This document shows positions 10,487 through 20,776 of a stretch of DNA of 64,000 nt, piece after piece; position 1 is the first letter of the stretch; each line of letters begins with the position of its first letter. Both the position numbers and the translations under genes were made by a program. Source of the DNA: Candidatus Bathyarchaeia archaeon (GTDB taxonomy: Archaea; Thermoproteota; Bathyarchaeia; Bathyarchaeales; Bathycorpusculaceae); NCBI GenBank assembly GCA_049970895.1, contig JBMFMB010000006.1:1-64000 (forward strand), in the 5' to 3' direction. The notes beneath the pieces are model-generated. The model was not told the DNA's origin, ran no database searches, and was given only the letters and a program-made list of their open reading frames with translations.

Positions 10487-11218
10487 GTGATGTTGGCTGT
10501 TGAAGCGCATAACGTTACCAAAGTTTTTGGCAATATCCACGCTTTAGATGGACTAAGTTTCAGCGTTAAGCCAGGCGAGGTTTTTGGGCTCATCGGTCCA
10601 AATGGTGCTGGTAAGACAACAGCTTTGCGAATAGTTTCAACATTGCTCCTGCCAACTTCTGGCAATGTTAAGGTTTTTGAACTTGACGTAGTGCGGGATG
10701 CGGCTGATGTTCGCCAAATAATCTCTTACCTCCCGGAGGAGGCTGGCGCCTACCGTTATCTTTCAGGCTGGGAATATCTCGAATTTATGGCTAAGTTCCA
10801 TACGAAGGACAGGGCTGAGGCACGCAGGATGGTCATGGAGGCTGCGGAAATATCAGGGCTTGGGGAGAGGCTTAAAGACAAAACTAAAACCTATAGTAAG
10901 GGGATGAAGCGCCGCCTCCTCGTTGCCAGAGCCCTTATGCCTAAGCCAAAATTAGCCATTCTCGATGAGCCTACAAGCGGTTTAGACGTGCTCCACTCGT
11001 ACTATGTTAGGGAAATAATAAAAGGCTATGTTAAAAAGTATGGCGTGACTGTTCTTCTTTCAAGCCACAACATGCTTGAGGTTGAGTATCTATGCGATAG
11101 AGTCGCCCTAATAAATAAGGGCAAAATAGTCGCCGAAGGAGAGCCCCAAGAACTTAAGGAGAAGTTTGGAAGCACAAACTTGGAAGAGGTCTTCGCTAAG
11201 GTGGTTAAGCTTGCTTAA
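10487..11218 (+). CDS. ABC-2 type transporter ATP-binding protein
   Basis: Walker A GPNGAGKT, signature YSKGM, Walker B ILDEP, H-loop SSH. Confidence 0.95.
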   Translation: MMLAVEAHNVTKVFGNIHALDGLSFSVKPGEVFGLIGPNGAGKTTALRIVSTLLLPTSGNVKVFELDVVRDAADVRQIISYLPEEAGAYRYLSGWEYLEFMAKFHTKDRAEARRMVMEAAEISGLGERLKDKTKTYSKGMKRRLLVARALMPKPKLAILDEPTSGLDVLHSYYVREIIKGYVKKYGVTVLLSSHNMLEVEYLCDRVALINKGKIVAEGEPQELKEKFGSTNLEEVFAKVVKLA

Positions 11219-12545
11219 GGGGTTCGGCAACTTCCTACTAAAGGAACTCAAAGAGCTCGTAAGGGACCCGAAAATACTTTTGGGAATGATCATCGTTCCA
11301 CTGGTGATGTTTCCATTTTTAGGCTTCGTCATAAACTACGCAATGAAATCCGCGCAAGAAAAAGCTGCAAAAGCCGCTCTTATCGTAGTGGATAATGATG
11401 GTGGATATTGGGCTAACAATTTTACAGAGACGCTTCAGATGGCGGGAATGAGCGTTTTCATTGAAAGGAATATTGTTTTAAGTGATGAAAACATAACAGG
11501 GCTGCTTTCAAAATACAATGTTGCGCAAATTCTCGAAATTCCCAGAGGCTTTAATGATACTATTAACAAGTATCTCGGCGGACAACATGTGAGCATTAAG
11601 TTGAACTTTTATGGAGTGCTTTCAACAATAGGCGCCTTCGAAAGCATGGGATCATCAGTTATCGATGCTTGGATTGAACAATTTAATAGGCGGATTGCCC
11701 CAAATGTTGTGGCAGTTGAAAAGTCAACAATTATAAAGGGTAAGGTTAAGCGCGGCGTTGACCCAGCCATGCTTTCTGGTCTTCTCATGTACCAGTCAAT
11801 CGCATTACCAGTAACAATAATGATTTTGCTCACTTATTCGGTGCAGATAGCAGCCACTTCTGTGGCTATGGAAAAGGAGGAGAAAACCCTTGAGACCTTG
11901 TTAACACTGCCAATGGATCGCCTTTCAATACTTTGGGGGAAGCTTTCCGGCTCAATAATTGTTGCCGCTGTAGGCGCCGCAGCTTACATGATTGGCTACA
12001 GCTATGTATTGGGTTCTATAATGTCGGGGGTCCCAGCCAACATAAACTTGGATTTAGCTGCCTTGGAGCTTGCGCCCTCCTTTTATGGCTATCTGCTTTT
12101 GGGCATCTCCCTCTTTGTGACAATACTCTCAGCCTTGGCTTTGGCTGTAATAATGTCGGCTTTCGCCGAAGATGTTAGAAGCGCCCAATCCCTCGTCGGC
12201 TACATTTATCCAATCGTATTCCTCCCATCCTTCGCCCTAATGTACTTGGACATCAACACTTTGCCATTGGCTGTAAGAATAATTTTTTACACTATTCCCT
12301 TCAGCCACCCAATAATAGCTTCTAAAGCCATCATAATGGGCGACTACTGGACTGCAGTGTTTGGCATAATCTACGTTTCAGCCTTCACAATGGTGGTGAT
12401 GTATGCAGCCTCAAGGCTTTTTGCCACAGAGAAAATCCTAACAGCAAAACTAAGGTTCAAGAAAAAGGGAAAACATGGCGAAAAACAGCTGAGGAACTCC
12501 AGTAAAACTTTTCATAAGAAAGCACCACAACCAATCAGCCGGTGA
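11211..12545 (+). CDS. ABC-2 type exporter permease (NatB-like)
   Basis: KELKELVRD start, large extracellular loop, EKEEKTLETLLTLP motif, multiple TM segments; TTG start at 11211. Confidence 0.9.
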   Translation: MLKGFGNFLLKELKELVRDPKILLGMIIVPLVMFPFLGFVINYAMKSAQEKAAKAALIVVDNDGGYWANNFTETLQMAGMSVFIERNIVLSDENITGLLSKYNVAQILEIPRGFNDTINKYLGGQHVSIKLNFYGVLSTIGAFESMGSSVIDAWIEQFNRRIAPNVVAVEKSTIIKGKVKRGVDPAMLSGLLMYQSIALPVTIMILLTYSVQIAATSVAMEKEEKTLETLLTLPMDRLSILWGKLSGSIIVAAVGAAAYMIGYSYVLGSIMSGVPANINLDLAALELAPSFYGYLLLGISLFVTILSALALAVIMSAFAEDVRSAQSLVGYIYPIVFLPSFALMYLDINTLPLAVRIIFYTIPFSHPIIASKAIIMGDYWTAVFGIIYVSAFTMVVMYAASRLFATEKILTAKLRFKKKGKHGEKQLRNSSKTFHKKAPQPISR

Positions 12546-12554
12546 TCGGCAACT

Positions 12555-13658
12555 TTGGGAATCCGAAAAATAGAGGTTTATCCCGTCACTTTGGCTTACC
12601 GTGAACCGTTTAGGATTGCGCCGGGTGCAAGCACCGAAAGCCACAATGTTGTCGTAAAAATAGTTACGGATTATGGTGTTCATGGCTGGGGAGAGGCTTC
12701 GCCTTCTGAGCGGGTTACCGGCGAAACGGCAGAAACTGTTATAAAAGCCTTGGATAGGATTGCGCCAAAGCTTATTGGCATGTGCCCACTAAGAATTGAG
12801 CAAGACGTTGAGCTTATGGACTCCATTGTGGCTGGAAACCCTTCTGCGAAGGCAGCCATAGACATAGCCCTCCACGACATTTTCGGCAAAACTGTTCGAA
12901 AGGAGCTCTATCGCGTGCTGGGCGGATACCGAACAGAAGTCCTAACCGACATCACTTTAAGCATAAAGTCATCAAAGGAAATGGCAAAAGACGCCGTCAA
13001 AGCCGTAAAGAAGGGATTTAAAGCCCTAAAGGTCAAGGTTGGTGTAAACCCGGAAGAAGACATCGAGCGGATTAGGCTCATCCGCGAGGCTGTTGGCGAA
13101 AAAATAGAGATAAGGATTGATGCAAACCAGGGCTGGACGCCGAAACAAGCCATAGAGGTCCTAAACAAGATTGAAAAGTTTAACATTCAGTTTGCGGAGC
13201 AACCAGTCCCTGCGGAAGACTTGAAAGGCTTAATTGAGGTTAAGCGAAACTCGCCAATACCAATAATGGCGGATGAAAGTGTCCACTCGCCAGAAGACGC
13301 CCTCCGCCTGATAAGGGCTGAAGCCGTAGACCTTATAAACATAAAATTGATGAAAAGCGGGGGCATCCACAAAGCAGTGAAAATAGCAGCCATAGCAGAA
13401 GCCGCTGGAATACCATGCATGATAGGCTGCATGGGAGAATCAGAGATAGGCATAGCCGCCGGAGCCCACCTAGCTGCAGCGGTGAAAAACATACAATATG
13501 CTGACCTAGACTCAGATTTATTGCTTAAAGACAAACTAGTCACGAGAGGTGGAACAAAGGTCAAAAATTCAATGCGCACATTCCCAAAATGGCACGGCTT
13601 GGGAATAAGAGAGTTGAACAGCAAAATCCTTGGAAAGCCGCTAAAGGTTTACCAGTGA
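12555..13658 (+). CDS. Dipeptide epimerase (L-Ala-D/L-Glu epimerase family, enolase superfamily)
   Basis: KVK, DANQ, EQP, DES, NIK and family-diagnostic DLD motifs. Confidence 0.9.
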   Translation: MGIRKIEVYPVTLAYREPFRIAPGASTESHNVVVKIVTDYGVHGWGEASPSERVTGETAETVIKALDRIAPKLIGMCPLRIEQDVELMDSIVAGNPSAKAAIDIALHDIFGKTVRKELYRVLGGYRTEVLTDITLSIKSSKEMAKDAVKAVKKGFKALKVKVGVNPEEDIERIRLIREAVGEKIEIRIDANQGWTPKQAIEVLNKIEKFNIQFAEQPVPAEDLKGLIEVKRNSPIPIMADESVHSPEDALRLIRAEAVDLINIKLMKSGGIHKAVKIAAIAEAAGIPCMIGCMGESEIGIAAGAHLAAAVKNIQYADLDSDLLLKDKLVTRGGTKVKNSMRTFPKWHGLGIRELNSKILGKPLKVYQ

Positions 13659-13671
13659 ATGGTTGGAGAAA

Positions 13672-14640
13672 TTAGCTTAGTTCTTGAAGGGCTTTTAGGC
13701 GTTTCACTATGTTTGGATGAGTTGAGAAAATTTCGATTATTCTGTCCAGCGTTGTCACCTTTGTTGAAAGGAGCTCTTGGACCAGTTTTTGGTCGCTGGA
13801 GGCTGCCGCTGACAACACCATAGAGTCTGTTTCTGCACGGTCTGGGTCTGTTATGAATAGGGCTTTGAAGGCGTTTAGATGCTGTGTCTGCTTCCTTAGT
13901 CTCCCCATGTTTCTTGTTGCATGAACTATTTTGGCTAAGCCAACCGAGAGTTTTTGCGCCCCATTCTCAACTATTTGGGCGCTGTGCCTGTCAGCATAAT
14001 ACTCGCGGAGGCGGCTTAAGTAGAGTATGAACATGTTTAGAATCCATGAGAATGCCATGAAACCAAAGCCTAGCGCGGCTGTTCCTCCACCCTCCTCCCT
14101 TTGTCTTCGGTACATTGATGAGATTATCAGCGAATAGCCAATGTAGTAAAACAGTGCTGGCAGTAGCGAAACAAACATCATTATTTGCACGTCCTTGTGC
14201 TTTAAGTGGCCCAGCTCATGTCCTATGACGGCTTCAACCTCCCCCTCATTGAGGGTTTTTAGAAGCCCGCTGGTTACGGCTACACGGTTTCCAGCGATAG
14301 GCGAGCCGTAGGCGAAGGCGTTTGGTATTGGGATTTGGGCAAGCATAAGCCTAGGCTTTTTCAAGCCACTTTTTCTGCTTAAATCCTCAACTATCTTGTG
14401 TAGTCTTGGGTTTTCGTCTTCTGGTATCTCGCGTGTACTGTAAAGAGCGTCAATGATGTATGGTGAGATGAGCCACTGTCCAACATTAAAAGCCACAACT
14501 AAAACTCCCAAAAACAGTATGTCCACAACGCCGATTAGGCTTAGGATTAGCGCAAACACTAGCGTGGACAAGCCTATTATTAGAGCTAATGTACCAATCA
14601 TGGATAAACGGAGTTTCCATACACTCGGCATTTCTTTCAC
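13672..14640 (-). CDS. htpX: Zinc metalloprotease HtpX (M48)
   Basis: PNAFAYG, HELGH, SRLREYYAD and STHP motifs. Confidence 0.94.
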   Translation of the reverse strand: MKEMPSVWKLRLSMIGTLALIIGLSTLVFALILSLIGVVDILFLGVLVVAFNVGQWLISPYIIDALYSTREIPEDENPRLHKIVEDLSRKSGLKKPRLMLAQIPIPNAFAYGSPIAGNRVAVTSGLLKTLNEGEVEAVIGHELGHLKHKDVQIMMFVSLLPALFYYIGYSLIISSMYRRQREEGGGTAALGFGFMAFSWILNMFILYLSRLREYYADRHSAQIVENGAQKLSVGLAKIVHATRNMGRLRKQTQHLNAFKALFITDPDRAETDSMVLSAAASSDQKLVQELLSTKVTTLDRIIEIFSTHPNIVKRLKALQELS

Positions 14641-14741
14641 CAGTCAATCTTCACAGAAAGGAACATGCTTATATCCGTTGCTCTTCGGGTTTAGGTTTTA
14701 AGATTAACTTTTATTGCTGAAAGCTGCAATAAACTCCTCCT

Positions 14742-15770
14742 ATGGAAGTATTAATTGACGATATAGGAAGTTTCCCCCTGCCCCAATCTGTAGAAAGAAA
14801 AAGGTTTGATGAAGCCTACAGGCTGGCAAGGGAAAAAATTGCCGATGGAAAAAACTTGAAGGAGGACATTTTCCTACTTAAAAACTTCTATGAAGTTGTG
14901 GTGGATTCATTTCTTAAAAAGCTTAAGACTGGTCTGGATGTTGCTAATTACCCACAACACTATGATATTTACAAGCAGTTTGCCGAACCAATCCAAAAGG
15001 CAATGGAAAGGGGCACATACATTATTGATGAGAAAGAGGCCATCATACCAGAAGTGCACGTTATCCATGAAGAGGCGAAAAGAATCTATGAAAGCTTGGG
15101 AAGGAAAATTGCCCTCCGCGTTTGTGTCACAGGCCCATTAGAGCTTTACTTAAGGGAAGTTGGAACAACATTATATAAGGACGTGTTATTCATGTTTGCG
15201 GAAACCGTGAGGAGGTTCGCCAAAAACTCCATCCTAAACTCAAAATACATTAAGACAGAGGTTGTTTCCCTAGACGAGCCAAGCTTTGGCTTTCACGAAA
15301 TATCGGCAGATAAAGACACAATAGTGGAAGTTTTAGAAAAGGCCTTAAATTTTGAAGGAGACGTACAAAAGCATATTCATACGCACTCTCCAACCAGAAT
15401 CATGGACATTTTAGAGGTTAAGAATCTCAACGTGGTGTCCATAGAGTATGCAGCTTCCCCGCGTAATCTTGAATGTATTTCAAAAAGCATGCTTGAAAGA
15501 ATGGACAAGTACATTCGTGTGGGAATATCCCGAACAGACATAGACTCCATCATCGCCGAGCTCTACGAGAGGGGTATAACAAAACCAGAAACCTGGCAAC
15601 TTGTCGAAGACAAAGAAACCATCAGGAAAAGGTTTGAAAAGGCAAAGGGAAAGTTTGAGGAAAGAATGACCTTCACGGGACCAGACTGCGGTCTTGGCGG
15701 CTGGTCAACACAAGAGGCAGCCCAACTTCTCCTAGAAAGGACTGTTAGGGCTGTAAAATCTGCTAGTTAA
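14742..15770 (+). CDS. Single-domain MetE-like (core methionine synthase / URO-D-MetE family) protein
   Basis: IGSFP, TGP, DEP, HTH, E and GPDCGL motifs. Confidence 0.8.
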   Translation: MEVLIDDIGSFPLPQSVERKRFDEAYRLAREKIADGKNLKEDIFLLKNFYEVVVDSFLKKLKTGLDVANYPQHYDIYKQFAEPIQKAMERGTYIIDEKEAIIPEVHVIHEEAKRIYESLGRKIALRVCVTGPLELYLREVGTTLYKDVLFMFAETVRRFAKNSILNSKYIKTEVVSLDEPSFGFHEISADKDTIVEVLEKALNFEGDVQKHIHTHSPTRIMDILEVKNLNVVSIEYAASPRNLECISKSMLERMDKYIRVGISRTDIDSIIAELYERGITKPETWQLVEDKETIRKRFEKAKGKFEERMTFTGPDCGLGGWSTQEAAQLLLERTVRAVKSAS

Positions 15771-16412
15771 GGACGGGCAACTTAAAATGTAGGTTTTTAT
15801 GTTTAGTGTTGAGGGGTTTGGTTGGCCATGTATTTTCAGTTTTCAAGTTTTAGGAGGGTGGCTAGGGTTTTATCCGAGTATTGCATTGTTTCTAAGACTG
15901 CTGTTTGGAGGTGGGTTGTTAAGCTTAGGGAGAAGCTTAACATAGCCTCTAAAAAGAAGCCTAGACGTTTCATAGCTGTTGATGAGACATGCGTAAACGT
16001 TAACGGCGAACAATATTGGGTTTACTAGCCTTAGACGTTGATGGGATCGAGCTAATATCCATGAGGGTTTATCCAACAAGGAACTTCCTAACTTCCGAAT
16101 CCTTCTTCAAAGGTATTTTAAAATACTGTGAGGGAAAACCAGAATTCATCGTGAATAATGCTCATGGCTTAAGGATGCCCTTAAAACGCTTGTGCTGGCC
16201 TATCACCATTAAACCCGGACTGAGAAGCCTAATAGAATAGCCTCCTTATTCTTCAAAACAACGCATAAAGACATTCCTCAACAAGATAACAGTCAACCTA
16301 AAACACAACACACACCTAAAATGGAAAAGGGCCGCTAAATGCTGGAACCTATCCTGTAAAACATTCACTTACTACAACCATTTAAGGGGGTAAGCCTTAA
16401 GTCGCCATGTCC
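15771..16412 (+). mobile_element. Degenerate IS6-family insertion sequence with frameshifted transposase
   Basis: Fragments SFRRVA..SKTAVWRWV, IAVDET..WVY/ALDVD and RSLIE. Imperfect inverted ends GGACGGGCAACTTAA (15771-15785) and TTAAGTCGCCATGTCC (16397-16412). Flanks TAGTTAA and TAGTTGAA. Confidence 0.85.
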
Positions 16413-16581
16413 TAGTTGAAATAGAAAAGCTTTTATATTAGTGCTTCTCTTCTTTCCCTTTTCCATTGAAAGAAGGGAGCGGGAGCCAAAAACGGGTTCG
16501 GTGGTTCCTATTTTTGGAACTCCCTTCTCTCCTTTCTCCCCTCTAAAAACTCGCCGAGCCCGTTGGTAAATCCCTCCAATT

Positions 16582-17154
16582 TTAAAAGGAGCAAACAGTG
16601 TTTGGATTATCAGTTTGCAGAAACCTCTGAAGGCTTGAATAGCACACATTACAAAACACGCCTTTCTTTCTGTCGGTTTCAAAAATGGAGTTGGAAAAAT
16701 ACATGACGCAATAGGGGTTTTTGCAGTGCGCCAAGCCAAAAGTGTGTCCAAGCTCGTGCACAGCCTCCTTTGTGCCTCTCTCAATGAAAAGCTCAAAATT
16801 TGGAGAAGCACCATAAAATTCTGGTCTTAGCCTCCAAAGGGATATTAGGGCGGCTTTTCCCGGGCATTCAGCCTCTCCAAAAACAAAGTTTAATCCCGAA
16901 ACATAAATGTCAGCGTCAACAACGCCTAAAACACGGTTTAAGTTTTTGGCTTTTTCCGCATAACTTGCCACCCTGCCCAAAATCATGTCTGAACGGTACT
17001 GTCCCCTCGCTTCGTCAAAAGCTTCATGTGGCAAAGCCAAAGTTTCAGGAGTTATGTGGCACTGCGTCTTTGGGAAAGCCATGTTTAGGTTTTCGCAGAT
17101 TCTTTTAAGAAAACCTAAGTCAACTTGACCTATGCGTAAAATTCCTATTTTCAT
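16582..17154 (-). CDS. amzA: Archaemetzincin zinc protease
   Basis: RGQY, LNFVFGEA, HELGHTFGLAHC..CVM and C-terminal CxxC. Confidence 0.94.
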   Translation of the reverse strand: MKIGILRIGQVDLGFLKRICENLNMAFPKTQCHITPETLALPHEAFDEARGQYRSDMILGRVASYAEKAKNLNRVLGVVDADIYVSGLNFVFGEAECPGKAALISLWRLRPEFYGASPNFELFIERGTKEAVHELGHTFGLAHCKNPYCVMYFSNSIFETDRKKGVFCNVCYSSLQRFLQTDNPNTVCSF

Positions 17155-17160
17155 GGCTTA

Positions 17161-18426
17161 TTAAACCTTAAAGGTGTCTCCGGGTTTTGGCGCCACAGCC
17201 TCTAGTCCGGCTTCTTTCTCTATCCACTTTGCCAGAAGTTCGCAGTTCCCCTCGGCACCGTGAATCACATAAAACTTTGCTTTACCATTAATCCTTTTTA
17301 CCGCCTCTCTAAGCTCTTTTGCGCCACAATGTGATGAGAAGTCAAAGTGCTTAACTGTTGCCTTAACCTTCCGCGGTTTTCCATCAATGACGCATACGCC
17401 CTTCTCTAGGAGCTCCCTTCCAGGTGTGCCAGGAATCTGATAACTAACAAGGAAAACGGCGTTGTTCGCCTTTTTACCAACTTTTGATATGTAAAATGCG
17501 GCTGGACCGCCCTTTAGCATGCCGGCGGGCGAAATTATTACGCATGGAATTTTTGCTGCTTTTCTGCGGTCCCGCCAGCCTTCAACCCAGTTGACTGAGT
17601 GGATGGCGTCCATGAAAAGTTTTGGGTCCCTTAAGAATTGCATGTGGTTCATCATCATTCTGCTGGCTTCCCTCGCCATCCCGTCAAGATAAACCGGATG
17701 CTCAAAATGGTAAGCGGCTAAAATGCACGCGATTTCTTGGGATCTTCCAATGCTGAAGGCTGGTATAAGAACGGTTCCCCCTCGCTCAACAATCTCTGTC
17801 ACTTCCTCAACGAAGCGTTTTTCAAGTTCTGAACGCTCTGGATGGTCTTCGTCTGCGTATGTGCTCTCAATTATGACGGCGTCCAAGTCGCCGTAATCCA
17901 TTTTCGCCCCTTCCAGAAGCCTTGTGTTTATCAGGTTGAAGTCGCCCGTGTATAGGAGTCGCCTTCCCTCAGCCTCTATTAGGACTTGGGCGCTTCCTGG
18001 AATGTGCCCAGCGTTGCGGAGTTCAAAGGTTATATCTCCAACGGTTTCTTTAACGCCGAAGTCTAAGTGCTTAATATGCCTCATCATTGTTCGGAGCTCA
18101 AGATACTCATATGGAAGATAATAGCTTGAGAGGTGTATGAAGTCTGAAATCAGCAGTTGGCTGAGCTCCGCCGTAAGCTTATTCGCGTAAACGGTTTTTT
18201 TCCCCTGAATGAAGAATATGGGAATGGCGCCGGAATGGTCAAGGTGGCTATGCCCCAAAATTATCGCGTCCACCTCTTTTGGAGGGACATGCATTGGGAA
18301 GCCAGGCTCATGGTTTAACATTACACCGTAGTCTAGCAAAACCTGCGTTTTTTCAGTCTTTACGGATATGGCTGCTCTACCAACCTCGTGGGTTGCGCCA
18401 AGAAACCTTATTTGAAGGGAACTCAT
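17161..18426 (-). CDS. Metallo-beta-lactamase beta-CASP ribonuclease (aCPSF2-like)
   Basis: EVGR, HSHLDH, AGHIPG, YTGD, ESTY, SPAGML, FSSH and HG motifs; no KH domains. Confidence 0.9.
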   Translation of the reverse strand: MSSLQIRFLGATHEVGRAAISVKTEKTQVLLDYGVMLNHEPGFPMHVPPKEVDAIILGHSHLDHSGAIPIFFIQGKKTVYANKLTAELSQLLISDFIHLSSYYLPYEYLELRTMMRHIKHLDFGVKETVGDITFELRNAGHIPGSAQVLIEAEGRRLLYTGDFNLINTRLLEGAKMDYGDLDAVIIESTYADEDHPERSELEKRFVEEVTEIVERGGTVLIPAFSIGRSQEIACILAAYHFEHPVYLDGMAREASRMMMNHMQFLRDPKLFMDAIHSVNWVEGWRDRRKAAKIPCVIISPAGMLKGGPAAFYISKVGKKANNAVFLVSYQIPGTPGRELLEKGVCVIDGKPRKVKATVKHFDFSSHCGAKELREAVKRINGKAKFYVIHGAEGNCELLAKWIEKEAGLEAVAPKPGDTFKV

Positions 18427-18467
18427 GCTTTTCAACCATTAACGCACTTAAAATTGGCACAGCTATT

Positions 18468-19091
18468 TTAAAAATGTATTGACTTTTCGGCATAGGCGAC
18501 TCTAACAAGTCTACGCTTAATAGCCCTCAAAATCTCATCCAAATCGGTTGAAGCTTGAATTTCAGTATAAACTGTCCAAAGCTCCTCCGCCCTATGGGCA
18601 TCGCTTCCAGCCACACCGGGCAAAGCCATGGCCCTTGCCAGTTCCTCGGCTAACATGTTAAGCTGGCGGGAGCATCCACCATTCAAGATTTCAACAGCGT
18701 CAATTTTGTAGTTTTTGGCTGAATCGCCTAAACCATAAGCTCTGTAGGGGTGGGCTGCAACCACCAAACCGCCTCTCTCATGTGCAAAGTCTATGACGCC
18801 CCCGACTGTCCATGGTTGAGGCGGTATTTCGGCTATCCCCAAGAGGATTAGGTCGCCACCATAAGAGCTGATTTCAACGCCTGGAATGATTAGTATATCT
18901 GGGTAGGCTTTGGCTAACTCCAAAACTTTGTAGTATCCTCTGACGGTGTTGTGGTCTGTTATTGCAGCCGCCTTTATGTAGGGGTGAGCGAAAAGCTGCT
19001 CCACTATGATTTTTGGATGGATTGAAGAATCAGGCGAAAACATCGTGTGGATATGCAAGTCTGCGCGAATCAAGACTGACCGCCTAGCCAA
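18468..19091 (-). CDS. PHP domain phosphoesterase
   Basis: DLHIHT, ITDH, GVE, AHP and GSDAH motifs. Confidence 0.9.
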   Translation of the reverse strand: MARRSVLIRADLHIHTMFSPDSSIHPKIIVEQLFAHPYIKAAAITDHNTVRGYYKVLELAKAYPDILIIPGVEISSYGGDLILLGIAEIPPQPWTVGGVIDFAHERGGLVVAAHPYRAYGLGDSAKNYKIDAVEILNGGCSRQLNMLAEELARAMALPGVAGSDAHRAEELWTVYTEIQASTDLDEILRAIKRRLVRVAYAEKSIHF

Positions 19092-20698
19092 AACGCGTTC
19101 TTCTTTAAAAAGTTTTGAAGAGATTTAACCCATTTCCCATCCATATTGAAGGATTTAAAGGCTATGCCCTTAGCCGCACAACCCTTTTTGCACGCTTTAA
19201 GGACATCCTCGTCCCAGTCCTCAACATTGTGGAGAAGCAAGACCCCTTTGTAATCGCTTCTGCCTACGTAGTCCGCCACTTGGGAAGCTACATACGCTAT
19301 GGTTTCCTTGTCAAGTGGCAGGGCTGTCTCATGCTGTGAAAGTGGATAAACCTCATCAAGCTCTAATGGAATTACCCCAAAAGGTGCCTCATAAAAACAA
19401 ACGTGAAGCTTCCGCAGATGCTCTTCCGGAAATTCCCGAAGCGTTTTCACCAGCTTTTTATACTCCTCAGATTTGTGGTAGGGCTTGGCTCTGGCTTGTG
19501 GCATTAATATGAGAATTTCAGCCTCCTTTGGAGGAGCATATCTCTTGGACAACCTAATTCTGTGGCGCACAACCTCCGGGCGGACTAAACCAACAGAATC
19601 AAAATAGAAGAGTCCGCTGCGCTTTACGGTTGGGCTGTGCTTCTCAATAAACTCCTCATATTTTTTCAGCTTTTTCAACGCTTGTAATAGTGCTGGGTGC
19701 CCATGAGCCCTAAACTCCAAATGCTCCCAAAGCCTTCCCTCCTTTATTGCCTGCTTTATCCGCTTGATTTCAGCGGAGCAAGCGTAGAGGTTGTGTTCCG
19801 CAATGAAAGCCTGCCTATCTTTAGGAGGTAGTTCCGCCACCTCCTTTGGATTTTTGCCTGAACATTTTGGGCATGCACATGGGAAGAATTCAAGCTCTTC
19901 AAGCCTAACGGTTCCGGTTTCCGTCATGTAGCGGTTTTCTTTGGCGTATATGGCGTAGGCTGCAGAATCGAAAAAGTCGCATCCCAAAGCGACAGCCAAG
20001 GAGAACATGAAGGGGTGCCCAGCGCCGAAAAGGTGGAAGGGCCGCTCAATGGGCAGGTTTATCTTAGCCGTTAAAATCATGTCCACCAAAACGTCGAAGC
20101 GGTAGTTTTCCATAACCTCTGTTGGGCTTCCCAAAGCGTGTATATCAAATGGAAGCTTAGCCATCTCAGAGGCTGACTTTGCCACTAAATCCAGGTAGCG
20201 TCCACCTTGAATAGGTCCAACCCAGAGAATATCATCTCGCCTTTTAACCTTGAACAGCTCTGCAGCCCTTTTCAGCGTCTCATTTACGGTTTGCTCTGCA
20301 TGTTTCCTCGAAACCCTCCATCCCGTCGGCCAATCAAGTATTGTGGCTATGTCCGTGTCTATCCGCTCTTGGTAATCCACAATTTCTTCTGGGGTTATTT
20401 CCACGTCTCCATAAACCAGGATTTGATAGGCGCCAGAATCAGTCATTATCACGCCTTTAAAGCCTAGAAAGTTGTGTAAGCCCTTTTCGGCTGGCTGGTT
20501 TTGGAAGCGCTTTTTTAGTATGTAGGCATTAGTTATTAGGGCTCCGAAGCCAAACTCCTCGCGGATTCGCCTCGGCGGGATTGGCTGCATAGCCGGGTTT
20601 ATAACTGGGAAAAGGAGGGGAGTCTCCACCGTGCCGCTTTTGGTCCGCAGTCTCCCAATTCTTGCAAGTAAGTCTCTTTCCCTTACCTCGAAGCTCAT
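19070..20698 (-). CDS. tgtA: Archaeosine tRNA-guanine(15) transglycosylase
   Basis: ETPLLFPV, MTDSG, HLFGAGHP, FDSAAY and Zn site CACPKC...HN. Confidence 0.95.
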   Translation of the reverse strand: MSFEVRERDLLARIGRLRTKSGTVETPLLFPVINPAMQPIPPRRIREEFGFGALITNAYILKKRFQNQPAEKGLHNFLGFKGVIMTDSGAYQILVYGDVEITPEEIVDYQERIDTDIATILDWPTGWRVSRKHAEQTVNETLKRAAELFKVKRRDDILWVGPIQGGRYLDLVAKSASEMAKLPFDIHALGSPTEVMENYRFDVLVDMILTAKINLPIERPFHLFGAGHPFMFSLAVALGCDFFDSAAYAIYAKENRYMTETGTVRLEELEFFPCACPKCSGKNPKEVAELPPKDRQAFIAEHNLYACSAEIKRIKQAIKEGRLWEHLEFRAHGHPALLQALKKLKKYEEFIEKHSPTVKRSGLFYFDSVGLVRPEVVRHRIRLSKRYAPPKEAEILILMPQARAKPYHKSEEYKKLVKTLREFPEEHLRKLHVCFYEAPFGVIPLELDEVYPLSQHETALPLDKETIAYVASQVADYVGRSDYKGVLLLHNVEDWDEDVLKACKKGCAAKGIAFKSFNMDGKWVKSLQNFLKKNAFWLGGQS

Positions 20699-20776
20699 TA
20701 TGAGTCTAAACAAAATCGGTTAAACATGCTTATAAAATGTAGAGCCGCAAACTTATATTTAACACGCGTTTCTATA

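Noticed and set aside
16365-16814. 149-aa minus-strand ORF
   Set aside because: Alternative frame over the archaemetzincin gene and the IS end; no recognisable motif.
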